IMG/VR virus record: IMGVR_UViG_2531839531_000008 | DNA length: 55,149 nucleotides | Source: a virus | Taxonomy: Duplodnaviria > Heunggongvirae > Uroviricota > Caudoviricetes | Direction: 5' to 3' (one strand) | Shown: piece by piece, positions 28,925-38,794 of the stretch | Numbering within the stretch: position 1 is the first letter of the stretch | How the letters are laid out: each line of letters starts with the position of its first letter | Translations under genes and position numbers: made by a program | Notes under the pieces: model-generated | What the model was told of the DNA's origin: nothing | What the model saw: only the letters and a program-made list of their open reading frames with translations | Databases searched by the model: none

Positions 28925-29410
28925 AGGCGGCGGCAGCATGTGCGGTAATTTATTGATAATTAAAAGTTATTTCTCTTTTCACCTGTACAATATTTTTTTC
29001 TCCCTGTCATTAGACCAGTTTTCAATTAATTGAAATATATAAATAAATCTGATTTTCACCTGCCGGATGGAGTTGCCTACACCAATTCAGGCCAGATTTT
29101 TGCGTCAGAATCTGATTAATCTGTTTTTGTGATAGAAATTTGTTTATCTACCACTTATATAGATCAATAATGTGCATAGTTTAGGCAGACATAGGGGGCT
29201 TACTGTGAGTTGTATTAATAACCTGAACACAGGCGACATCAGAGGCGGATCCGTTCATCTGGATGCGCAAACTGTTATGCGCCTTAAGCAATACAGAATT
29301 GACCATGTGAAGAATCACCCTGAACAACCGTTACCAGGTGTGGCGCAGATTGTCAGACATGCCGTAAACGCCTGGCTTAATCAGAATGGTTTGGCATCGG
29401 GGAATAAGCA

Positions 29411-31327
29411 ATGAATCGCTGGTACACCATTAAAGCGGCGGATGTTCGCGGGACGGCGGAGATATCCATCTATGAGGAAATTGGTGGCTTTGGTATTACC
29501 GCGAAGCAGTTCACGGAAGATCTGAAAGTCCTTGGCGATGTTTCACATATCAATCTGAGGATCCATTCACCAGGTGGCGACGTGTTTGAAGGTATCGCCA
29601 TCTATAACCTGCTACGGAATCATCCGGCAGACATTACGGTTTATATAGATGGCGTGGCGGCTTCAATGGCTTCGGTCGTTGCAATGGCTGGCGATCGCGT
29701 TGTTATGCCGGAGAACGCCATGATGATGATCCATAAGCCGTGGGGTATCTCTGGCGGAAATGCTGGCGATATGCGTGATTATGCTGATTTGCTGGATAAG
29801 GTGGAAACCGTGTTAATCCCTGCTTATGCCAGAAAAACGGGCAAATCAGCACAGGAAATTGCCACCATGCTGGAAGATGAAACCTGGATGGACGGGAAAG
29901 AATGCCTTAAGCACGGTTTTGCTGATGAATTGTTGCCATCTGTCAGAGCAATGGCGCGAATTGAATCGAAACGTACAGGAGATTTTTTACATATGCCGGA
30001 AACCATTAAGGGAATGATTACCCCGCCGAAATCACAGGCAAAAAACACCATTACAGGCGACCAGGAGCGCATTAACGGCATTAAAGAAATTTTTAGCGTG
30101 TTCGGCAACCAGTACGACGGGATCAAAATGTCGTGCCTTGAAGATGCGTCCTGTACGCTGGAAATGGCCCGTGAACGCCTGCTTAAAGAAATGGGTAAGA
30201 ACCACACACCAACCAATAAAAATATTCCGTCTCATATCTATGCCGGAAACGGGAACATAACAGGCGATGCGATTCGCCAAGGGCTTTATTCCCGTCTTGG
30301 GTATGAGCGTCCTGAGCGGGGAAATCCTTACGCGATGATGAGCCTTTTTGAAATGGCCCAGGCATCACTAACTGATCGTGGTATCAGTGTTGGCGGTTTT
30401 TTAAATCGCTCGCAGGTCGTTAATGCAGCTTTCACACACAGCAGCAGCGATTTTTCTCATATTCTGGCTGGCGGTGCTGAAAAATCAGTGCTGAAAGGCT
30501 GGCAGGACAGCGGCGAAACGTTCCAGAAATGGACGCGTACCGGTTCGCTTTCAAACTTTCATGAAGCAAAACGCGTTGGCCTGAATGGCTTTTCAAAACT
30601 AGATAAAGTACCGGAAGGTGCGGAATATAAATACATCACCACCAGCGATAAAGGTGTACCTATTGCGCTGGCCACGTACGGGAATATTTTTTCCGTTACC
30701 CGTCAGGCCATTATCAACGATGACCTGACCCAGTTAACTACAATCCCCATGGCGATGGGACGCGCAGCCGCCAGAACAGTTGGCAATCTGGTTTATCTCC
30801 TGTTAACCAGCAATGGCAAGTTTACGGATGGTAAAGCGTTATTCCATGCCGATCATAAAAATCTTATTGCGAAGGATATGGACATGGTGGGGCTTGATGA
30901 AGCCCGTAAGCTGATGCGCCTCCAGGAAGACGCTAACGGCGATTCCCTGAATATTACCCCTGCTTTTGTTCTGGTCCCTGCCGCGCTGGAGTCTGCCGCA
31001 CATCGCGCCATTCTGTCATCGTCATCACTCTTTCCGGTTGGTAATGAGAGCACTCTCAATCAGAACCCGGGCATCATTAACGTGGTGAAAGATATGGCAG
31101 AAGTAATTGTTGAGCCACGTCTTGATAAGGCCAATAGCAAGGAATGGTATGTAGCCGCAGCTAAGGGGATGGACACGATAGAGGTCGCTTATCTTGACGG
31201 TATTGATACGCCATATCTTGAGGAGCAGGAGGGCTTTACTGTTGATGGTGTCGCATGGAAGGTGCGCATTGATGCAGGTGTCGCGGCCCTCGACTATCGC
31301 GGATTACTGAAATCGAGTGGAGCATGA
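29411..31327 (+). CDS. satellite prohead protease (ClpP/S49-like) fused to major capsid protein
   Basis: 638 aa; N-terminal protease region HSPGGDVFEG...AASMASV; C-terminal HK97-fold capsid-like region; paralog of prophage gene 35159-37117. Confidence 0.75.
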   Translation: MNRWYTIKAADVRGTAEISIYEEIGGFGITAKQFTEDLKVLGDVSHINLRIHSPGGDVFEGIAIYNLLRNHPADITVYIDGVAASMASVVAMAGDRVVMPENAMMMIHKPWGISGGNAGDMRDYADLLDKVETVLIPAYARKTGKSAQEIATMLEDETWMDGKECLKHGFADELLPSVRAMARIESKRTGDFLHMPETIKGMITPPKSQAKNTITGDQERINGIKEIFSVFGNQYDGIKMSCLEDASCTLEMARERLLKEMGKNHTPTNKNIPSHIYAGNGNITGDAIRQGLYSRLGYERPERGNPYAMMSLFEMAQASLTDRGISVGGFLNRSQVVNAAFTHSSSDFSHILAGGAEKSVLKGWQDSGETFQKWTRTGSLSNFHEAKRVGLNGFSKLDKVPEGAEYKYITTSDKGVPIALATYGNIFSVTRQAIINDDLTQLTTIPMAMGRAAARTVGNLVYLLLTSNGKFTDGKALFHADHKNLIAKDMDMVGLDEARKLMRLQEDANGDSLNITPAFVLVPAALESAAHRAILSSSSLFPVGNESTLNQNPGIINVVKDMAEVIVEPRLDKANSKEWYVAAAKGMDTIEVAYLDGIDTPYLEEQEGFTVDGVAWKVRIDAGVAALDYRGLLKSSGA

Positions 31328-31333
31328 CAACAA

Positions 31334-31356
31334 GGGCGGCGAAAGCCGCCTTTTTT
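31334..31356 (+). terminator. intrinsic terminator after satellite capsid gene
   Basis: gggcggc-gaaa-gccgcc hairpin followed by TTTTTT. Confidence 0.6.
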
Positions 31357-31358
31357 AC

Positions 31359-31433
31359 GGGTCCTCCCGGTGGGGTGGCCTGCCACGGGGCGGGAGCGGC
31401 GCGGAAAAAGGCTAGTTTTTGCATTTTCATTCA
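31359..31433. other. satellite cos copy 2 (cosN about 31388-31399)
   Basis: near-identical to prophage cos element; homology continues into terS homolog. Confidence 0.6.
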
Positions 31434-31583
31434 TCATCATCATCTTTTCAATGCATTGAATTTAAACGAATTTTATTTTTAGTATGTTAATTTTGCGTGT
31501 TTTTTGGTCAACATATAACGCACTTTATAACGCTTTTTGAAAAGGTGTTCGCAAGATGCATGTTTAAAACGTCAGGAGGGGAT

Positions 31584-32069
31584 ATGGATCGTGAGTTGAA
31601 AAATCTGATGCTGAACATTAACCAACTGGCGGCAATAGCAGGTATATGTCGTCAGACTGCGGCGGCAAGGCTGAAAAACATCCAGCCAGCCGGAGGACAT
31701 GACAAGCTGAAACTCTATCGGGTGACTGACATTCTGACCTGTTTTCTTGATCTTCCCGTTCCGGCATCACTGGAAGAAATGGAGCCACATGACCGCAAGG
31801 CTTGGTATCAGTCTGAACGTGAGCGCCTCAAGTTCGAACAGGAAACGGCGCAACTCATACCCGCCGATGATGTGCGAAAAGAGATGGCTATATGGGGGGA
31901 AATCGTAAGCGAGGAACTGGCAAAACTCCCCAATATTCTGGCACGTGATGCAGGGCTTAAACCGATGGCAGTAAACAGAGTGCAGTCAATTATTGACGAT
32001 TTGTGTAATCAGATTATCAGCCGGATGGTAAAAAATGACGCAGTGAATGAGGATGTAAAACAGGCATGA
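31584..32069 (+). CDS. satellite terminase small subunit homolog
   Basis: 161 aa, roughly 60 percent identical by eye to prophage TerS; AGGAGG RBS; preceded by cos copy. Confidence 0.7.
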   Translation: MDRELKNLMLNINQLAAIAGICRQTAAARLKNIQPAGGHDKLKLYRVTDILTCFLDLPVPASLEEMEPHDRKAWYQSERERLKFEQETAQLIPADDVRKEMAIWGEIVSEELAKLPNILARDAGLKPMAVNRVQSIIDDLCNQIISRMVKNDAVNEDVKQA

Positions 32070-32311
32070 TAATGACCGACGCCGTGATCCGCCGTGCCAC
32101 CGGAATCAGACTACCAGAAGGTAAACAGAAGGCCACGCAGTCGGGCAGCGTCATCGTGTTAATGCATGGCGGCGTATTCAGCTTTTAATTAATATTGCTG
32201 CCTTTTTCTTTTTTTTATCGCTTAGGCAGGTACTAAATCTTGGACTATGTGAATGGGGTTACAACTAAATAGTACCTTATAATCATTTGGTTACCTTTTA
32301 TTTACTTCTTC

Positions 32312-32324
32312 CTGGATGGAGGGT
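32312..32324. repeat. right direct repeat / att core of inserted satellite (CTGGATGGAGGGT)
   Basis: matches 21713-21725 with one mismatch; lies at resumption of terL reading frame. Confidence 0.6.
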
Positions 32325-33428
32325 CCGGCAGCTGCTTACCAGACACTCTCGCAACTCGTTTACAAACTGCTTACTGCAGAACAGGAATACGAGACAACCG
32401 GAAGTGAAGAAACACTCAGGGCGGTTATCAATACCGACTGGGGATTACCTTATCTTCCCCGCGCCAGCATGGAGCAACGAAAAAGTGAACTGCTTGAGCA
32501 GCGGGCAGAGCCAGTTCTTTCCCGCAGTGTGCCGGATGGCGTTAATTTCCTTGTGGCGACAGTGGATGTGCAGGCGGGACGTCATCGCCGTTTTGTGGTT
32601 CAGGTAACGGGCTATGGCAGCCGTGGCGAACGCTGGATTATTGATCGTTACAACATCACGCAGTCATTGCGCGGTGACAGCGACGGGGAGAGCCAGCGAA
32701 TTGATCCGGCCAGCTATCCGGAAGACTGGGATGTCCTGCTGACGGATGTTTTTCATAAAAGCTGGCCGCTGGCCTCCGATCCTTCTCAACAAATGCGACT
32801 GATGGCAATGGCGGTGGACTCCGGCGGTGAAGACGGGGTCACTGATAATGCCTATAAATTCTGGCGTCGTTGCCGTCGTGATGGCCTTGGTAAACGTATT
32901 TACCTGTTTAAGGGCGACAGCATCCGGCGCGCAAAACTGATCACCCGTACATTCCCTGATAACACCGGACGAACGGGCCGACGGGCGCAGGCCGCAGGTG
33001 ATGTGCCGCTCTGGCTTCTTCAGACGGATGCACTGAAAGACCGGGTGAATAACGCGTTATGGCGTGACTCGCCAGGTCCAGGCTATGTGCATTTCCCTGA
33101 CTGGCTGGGGAGCTGGTTTTACGACGAACTGACGTATGAAGAGCGGAGCAGTGACGGGAAATGGAGTAAGCCGGGTCGCGGTGCCAACGAAGCTTTTGAC
33201 CTGATGGTGTATGCCGAGGCTCTGGTCATTCTGCATGGATACGAAAAGATCCGCTGGCCGGATGCACCGGAGTGGGCGAGCCGGGAAACCTGGCTGGAGT
33301 GTGTCCAGGACAGTACTGAACCGTCATCCTCACCGGAACCGGTATCCACGCCTGTTAAAAAACAAAAACGGAAGAAAACAGTAACTGACGATGTTAACCC
33401 CTGGCTGACTTCCGGAGGATGGTTATGA
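32316..33428 (+). pseudogene. terminase large subunit (gpA-like), C-terminal part downstream of satellite insertion
   Basis: 370 aa matching gpA C-terminal nuclease region; joins in frame with 20727-21719. Confidence 0.8.
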
Positions 33429-33637
33429 ACCAGAATGATATCGAAGCCATGATTCAGCGTTATACGGAAGCTGAAATGGCGGTGCTGGACGGAAAATCCG
33501 TCACCTTTAATGGTCAGCAGATGACCATGGAAAACTTATCTGAGATCCGGCAGGGACGGCAGGAGTGGGAGCGCCGCCTTGCGGCTCTGATTACACGACG
33601 ACGGGGGCATCCCGGGTACCGGCTGGCGAGGTTCTGA
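33419..33637 (+). CDS. head-tail joining protein W-like
   Basis: 72 aa, resembles lambda gpW in size and position. Confidence 0.6.
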   Translation: MVMNQNDIEAMIQRYTEAEMAVLDGKSVTFNGQQMTMENLSEIRQGRQEWERRLAALITRRRGHPGYRLARF

Positions 33638-35145
33638 TGGCAATTCTTGATGATGTGATTGGCGTTTTTTCACCAGGATGGAAAGCGGCAAGGCTGCGTT
33701 CCCGTGCGGTGATCCAGGCTTATGAGGCCGTAAAAACGACGCGGACACACAAAGCCCGGCGGGAAAACCGAACTGCCGACCAGTTAAGCCAGTACGGGGC
33801 CGTGTCGTTACGTGAGCAGGCCCGTTACCTTGATAACAACCACGATCTGGTTATTGGTGTATTTGACAAGCTGGAAGAACGGGTGGTGGGGAAAAACGGA
33901 ATTATTGTCGAGCCACATCCGGTATTACGCAATGGAGCCATTGCCCGTGATCTGGCAGCGGAGATTCGCACCCGATGGAGTGAATGGTCTGTCAGTCCGG
34001 AAGTCACCGGGCAGTTTACCCGTCCGATGCTGGAACGTCTGATGCTGCGTACCTGGCTGCGCGATGGTGAGGTGTTTGCCCAGATGGTTTCCGGGCGCAT
34101 AAACAGCCTGACGCCTTCTGCCGGTGTTCATTTCTGGCTGGAGGCGCTCGAGCCGGACTTTATTCCCATGACCAGTGATGAGAGCAACAGGCTGAATCAG
34201 GGCGTGTTTGTTGATGACTGGGGGCGTCCCGAAAAATATCTGGTGTATAAAAGCCGTCCCGTATCCGGACGGCAGATGGAAACCAAAGAAGTGGATGCAG
34301 AGCGAATGCTGCATCTTAAATTTGTTCGCCGTCTGCACCAGATGCGCGGGACGTCTTTGTTGTCCGGTGTGTTGATCCGCCTCAGTGCCCTGAAAGAGTA
34401 TGAAGATTCTGAGCTGACTGCAGCAAGGATCGCCGCTGCTCTGGGGATGTACATCCGCAAAGGCGACGGACAGAGCTATGAACCGGATGGTAATGGCAGC
34501 AAGGATAAGGAACGCGAGCTTACCATTCAGCCAGGCATTATTTACGACGATCTGAAACCCGGCGAAGAAATCGGAATGGTGAAGTCGGATCGCCCCAATC
34601 CTAATCTTGAAACTTTTCGTAATGGTCAGTTGCGTGCAGTGGCGGCTGGCAGTCGTCTGAGTTTTTCCAGTACTGCGCGCAACTATAACGGCACTTACAG
34701 CGCCCAGCGTCAGGAGCTGGTTGAATCCACTGATGGCTACCTGATCCTGCAGGACTGGTTTATTGGTGCCGTCACCCGCCCGATGTACCGTGCCTGGCTG
34801 AAACAGGCTGTGGCATCCGGTGTTATCAGGCTACCCCGCGATCTTGACCGTTCTTCACTGTATACCGCGGTGTATTCCGGACCGGTGATGCCGTGGATTG
34901 ACCCTGTTAAGGAGGCTGAGGCCTGGAAAATCCAGATTCGTGGTGGAGCGGCGACAGAATCAGACTGGGTACGTGCTGGTGGTCGTAATCCGGATGATGT
35001 CAAACGTCGGCGCAAGGCCGAAATTGATGAAAACCGCAAGCTGGATCTGGTATTTGATACCGATCCGGCCAGTGATAAAGGAGGTAGCAGTGCCGCAACG
35101 AAACGACAGGAGCCGCAGCACACCAACAACCAGTCCGAAGAATAA
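33637..35145 (+). CDS. portal protein (lambda gpB-like)
   Basis: 502 aa from ATG overlapping W stop; position after terL/W. Confidence 0.8.
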   Translation: MAILDDVIGVFSPGWKAARLRSRAVIQAYEAVKTTRTHKARRENRTADQLSQYGAVSLREQARYLDNNHDLVIGVFDKLEERVVGKNGIIVEPHPVLRNGAIARDLAAEIRTRWSEWSVSPEVTGQFTRPMLERLMLRTWLRDGEVFAQMVSGRINSLTPSAGVHFWLEALEPDFIPMTSDESNRLNQGVFVDDWGRPEKYLVYKSRPVSGRQMETKEVDAERMLHLKFVRRLHQMRGTSLLSGVLIRLSALKEYEDSELTAARIAAALGMYIRKGDGQSYEPDGNGSKDKERELTIQPGIIYDDLKPGEEIGMVKSDRPNPNLETFRNGQLRAVAAGSRLSFSSTARNYNGTYSAQRQELVESTDGYLILQDWFIGAVTRPMYRAWLKQAVASGVIRLPRDLDRSSLYTAVYSGPVMPWIDPVKEAEAWKIQIRGGAATESDWVRAGGRNPDDVKRRRKAEIDENRKLDLVFDTDPASDKGGSSAATKRQEPQHTNNQSEE

Positions 35146-35158
35146 TTCCTGGTTCAGG

Positions 35159-37117
35159 ATGCAGGCAGGTCACCAGAGTGACGCGGATATTTATATTTAT
35201 GACGAGATTGGTTTCTGGGGTGTTACGGCGAAGCAGTTTATCAGTGATCTGAATGCACTGGGCGATATCACCCACATTAATCTCCATATCAATTCACCGG
35301 GTGGCGATGTCTTTGAAGGCATCGCCATTTTTAATGCACTGAAAACACATGGTGCGTCCATTACCGTTTATGTCGACGGAGTGGCGGCATCAATGGCGTC
35401 GGTCATTGCGATGGTGGGAAACCCGGTCATTATGCCGGAAAACACTTTCATGATGATTCATAAACCATTTGGCTTTACGGGCGGTGATGCGGAGGACATG
35501 CGCACCTATGCCGACCTGCTCGATAAAGTTGAGGCGGTTCTCTTACCCGCTTATGCACAGAAAACCGGGAAAACCACCGATGAAATTGCTGCCATGCTGG
35601 CGGATGAGACCTGGATGTCCGGAGCCGAATGTCTGGCTCATGGATTTGCTGACCAGGTGACGCCAGCCGTTAAGGCAATGGCATGTATTCAGTCAAAACG
35701 TACAGAGGAATTTAAAAAGATGCCGGAATCTATTCGAAACATGATTACTCCGCCACGCAACAGTGCTCCACGCGTACCGGATGATGAACCAGCAGCCCCC
35801 CGGACGCCAGTGCAGGCAGCAGCACCCGTGGTGGATGAAAACAGCATCCGTGCGCAGGTACTGGCAGAGCAAAAAGCGCGTGTAAACGGTATTAATGATC
35901 TGTTTGCCATGTTTGGCGGGCGTTATCAGGCGCTGCAGGCTCAGTGCCTTGCCGATCCTGAGTGTTCGCTGGAGCAGGCCCGCGAGAAGCTGTTGAACGA
36001 GATGGGGCGAGAGTCCACGCCATCCAATAAAAATACCCCGGCTCATATTTATGCCGGTAACGGTAATTTTGTGGGGGACGGGATCCGCCAGGCGCTGATG
36101 GCGCGTGCCGGATTTGAAAAAACCGAACGTGATAATGTCTACAACGGGATGACCCTGCGTGAATATGCCCGTATGTCACTGATTGAACGGGGTATTGGGG
36201 TTTCCAGTTATAACCCGATGCAGATGGTCGGTGCGGCGTTCACACACAGTACGTCTGACTTCGGTAATATTCTGCTGGATGTTGCGAACAAAGCCATTCT
36301 GCAGGGCTGGGAAGATGCCCCTGAAACCTATGAACAGTGGACGCGGAAAGGCCAGTTGTCTGATTTTAAAATTGCCCATCGTGTGGGTATGGGGGGCTTC
36401 AGTGCTCTGCGTCAGGTGCGTGAAGGGGCGGAATATAAATACGTCACCACCGGAGATAAACAGGCCACTATTGCACTGGCGACCTATGGCGAGCTGTTCA
36501 GTATCACCCGTCAGGCCATTATCAATGATGATCTGAATATGCTGACCGATGTCCCGATGAAGCTGGGCCGTGCGGCGAAATCCACTATTGCCGATCTGGT
36601 TTATGCCATTCTGACGTCTAACCCGAAAATCTCCACAGATAATGTAAGCCTGTTCGATAAAGCGAAACATGCAAACGTACTGGAGAGCGCTGCAATGGAC
36701 GTGGCATCGCTGGATAAAGCCCGCCAGTTGATGCGCGTTCAGAAAGAGGGGGAGCGTCATCTGAATATTCGTCCTGCGTTCGTACTGGTACCGACGGCGA
36801 TGGAATCTGTTGCTAACCAGGTCATTCGCTCCTCAAGTGTCAAGGGGGCTGACATTAACGCCGGTATTATTAACCCGGTGAAAGATTTTGCGACCGTTAT
36901 TGCAGAGCCTCGTCTTGATGATAACAGCCAGACCACCTTCTACCTGGCTGCGTCAAAAGGCTCCGATACGATTGAAGTGGCTTATCTCAACGGTGTGGAT
37001 ACGCCATATATTGATCAGATGGAGGGCTTCAGTGTGGATGGCGTGACAACGAAAGTGCGTATTGACGCCGGTGTCGCGCCAGTTGATCACCGCGGTCTGG
37101 TGAAATGTACGGCGTAA
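35159..37117 (+). CDS. prohead protease (ClpP/S49-like) fused to major capsid protein
   Basis: 652 aa; same architecture as satellite gene 29411-31327; after portal. Confidence 0.8.
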   Translation: MQAGHQSDADIYIYDEIGFWGVTAKQFISDLNALGDITHINLHINSPGGDVFEGIAIFNALKTHGASITVYVDGVAASMASVIAMVGNPVIMPENTFMMIHKPFGFTGGDAEDMRTYADLLDKVEAVLLPAYAQKTGKTTDEIAAMLADETWMSGAECLAHGFADQVTPAVKAMACIQSKRTEEFKKMPESIRNMITPPRNSAPRVPDDEPAAPRTPVQAAAPVVDENSIRAQVLAEQKARVNGINDLFAMFGGRYQALQAQCLADPECSLEQAREKLLNEMGRESTPSNKNTPAHIYAGNGNFVGDGIRQALMARAGFEKTERDNVYNGMTLREYARMSLIERGIGVSSYNPMQMVGAAFTHSTSDFGNILLDVANKAILQGWEDAPETYEQWTRKGQLSDFKIAHRVGMGGFSALRQVREGAEYKYVTTGDKQATIALATYGELFSITRQAIINDDLNMLTDVPMKLGRAAKSTIADLVYAILTSNPKISTDNVSLFDKAKHANVLESAAMDVASLDKARQLMRVQKEGERHLNIRPAFVLVPTAMESVANQVIRSSSVKGADINAGIINPVKDFATVIAEPRLDDNSQTTFYLAASKGSDTIEVAYLNGVDTPYIDQMEGFSVDGVTTKVRIDAGVAPVDHRGLVKCTA

Positions 37118-37203
37118 ACGTCGCAGACAACAACTCTGATGGCCCGTAAGGGCTTTTTTTGTACCTGAAATCAGCCCCTGAACGGGGCTGTGCGGAGACA
37201 GTT

Positions 37204-37527
37204 ATGGCAAAGAATTTTGTAGAAGAAGGAAAAGCGGTGGCGATTGTTGCCAGTGCAGCCATCAGCAGCGGAGATCTGGTGCAGGTGGGCGATGTTTTTG
37301 CGGTGGCGCTGACCGATATTCCACAGGGTGAAACAGGCGACGGCATGACCGAAGGTGTGTTTATGCTGCCTAAGCTGAAAACGGATGACATGAAAACGGG
37401 TAAGAAGGTTTATCTGAAGGCCGGAAAAGTTCAGCTGACTAACAGCGGCTCTGATCCGCTGGTCGGGGTTGTCTGGGCAGATGCCGGAACCAGTGCAGAA
37501 GAAGTGCCGGTAAAACTCAATGTCTGA
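37204..37527 (+). CDS. DUF2190-like head protein (decoration/FI position)
   Basis: 107 aa Gly/Ala/Val-rich beta-type protein after capsid gene. Confidence 0.45.
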   Translation: MAKNFVEEGKAVAIVASAAISSGDLVQVGDVFAVALTDIPQGETGDGMTEGVFMLPKLKTDDMKTGKKVYLKAGKVQLTNSGSDPLVGVVWADAGTSAEEVPVKLNV

Positions 37528-37795
37528 TCCCTTTTCCCGGCTGGCAGCGCGTATGGATGCTATCACGGTCAGAAAGATGGGAAAGACAGCCTCGATTAAT
37601 GATGTCGATATGACTGTGATCCCGGGAGAAACACTGGCAGAGCTGAATGCTCTGTCCGGACCTGCGGTCTCTCTGGTGGTGTTTTCTTCGGGATACCGCC
37701 CACGGCGCGGGGATCGCGTTGTTTATGACGGACAACAATGGACGGTCACACGGCATGAACGCTTTAACGGTAAGCCAATGATCTTTATTGAGTAA
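37520..37795 (+). CDS. head-tail connector FII-like
   Basis: 91 aa; RRGDRVVYDG motif resembles lambda FII RRGD region. Confidence 0.5.
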   Translation: MSDPFSRLAARMDAITVRKMGKTASINDVDMTVIPGETLAELNALSGPAVSLVVFSSGYRPRRGDRVVYDGQQWTVTRHERFNGKPMIFIE

Positions 37796-37806
37796 AGAGG
37801 TGTGGG

Positions 37807-38385
37807 ATGAAGGGGCTTGAGAATGCCATCCGCAATCTGAACAGCCTTGATACCCGTATGGTGCCACAGGCCAGCGCATGGGCGATAAACCGTGTGGCAC
37901 AGAAAGCGGTCTCGGTTACCACCCGGCAGGTTGCCGGGAATACCGTTGCGGGAGATAACCAGGTGAAAGGGATCCCCCTGAAACTGGTACGTCAGCGTGT
38001 CCGGGTGTTTAAAGCCAGTCCGTCAGGAAAAATGACGGCCAGGATCCGCGTTAACCGGGGCAATCTGCCTGCCATTAAGCTGGGGACAGCCCGGGTCAGA
38101 CTGGCCCGGCGTGGTGGAAAACTGCAGTACCGTGGCAGTGTGCTGAAGGTGGGTAAATATCTTTTCCGGGATGCGTTTATTCAGCAACTGGCGAATGGTC
38201 GCTGGCATGTGATGCGGCGTATTGATGGCAAAAATCGTTACCCCATTGATGTGGTGAAAATCCCGCTGTCCGGACAGCTGACACAGGCATTTGAAGATGC
38301 CCGCGACCGCATCATTGCTGCGGAAATGCCGAAACAGCTGGGGTATGCACTGAAACAACAACTGAGGTTATGGCTGACCCGATGA
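37807..38385 (+). CDS. minor tail protein Z-like
   Basis: 192 aa, same length and position as lambda gpZ. Confidence 0.65.
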   Translation: MKGLENAIRNLNSLDTRMVPQASAWAINRVAQKAVSVTTRQVAGNTVAGDNQVKGIPLKLVRQRVRVFKASPSGKMTARIRVNRGNLPAIKLGTARVRLARRGGKLQYRGSVLKVGKYLFRDAFIQQLANGRWHVMRRIDGKNRYPIDVVKIPLSGQLTQAFEDARDRIIAAEMPKQLGYALKQQLRLWLTR

Positions 38386-38783
38386 ACCGACATACACAAA
38401 TCCGCCAGGCCGTACTGGCACGCCTTCGGGAACAGTGTGGAGACAGCGCCACGTTTTTTGACGGGCTTCCGGCATTTATTGATGCGCAGGAACTGCCTGC
38501 CGTGGCGGTGTGGCTGAGTGATGCTCAGTACACCGGAAAAATGACGGATGAAGATGACTGGCAGGCTGTTCTGCATATTGCTGTCTTCATCCGGGCACAG
38601 GCACCGGATTCAGAGCTGGATATGTGGATGGAGAGCACCATTTTCCCGGCCCTGAATGATGTACCAGCACTTTCCGGACTCATCGACACCCTGATCCCTC
38701 TCGGTTTTAACTATCAACGTGATAATGAGATGGCCACCTGGGCGATGGCGGAAATCACGTACCAGATCACGTACACGAATTAA
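38382..38783 (+). CDS. minor tail protein U-like
   Basis: 133 aa aligning by eye with lambda gpU (ATFFDG...AVAV...TG); ATGA coupling. Confidence 0.7.
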   Translation: MNRHTQIRQAVLARLREQCGDSATFFDGLPAFIDAQELPAVAVWLSDAQYTGKMTDEDDWQAVLHIAVFIRAQAPDSELDMWMESTIFPALNDVPALSGLIDTLIPLGFNYQRDNEMATWAMAEITYQITYTN

Positions 38784-38794
38784 AGGAGGTGGCA

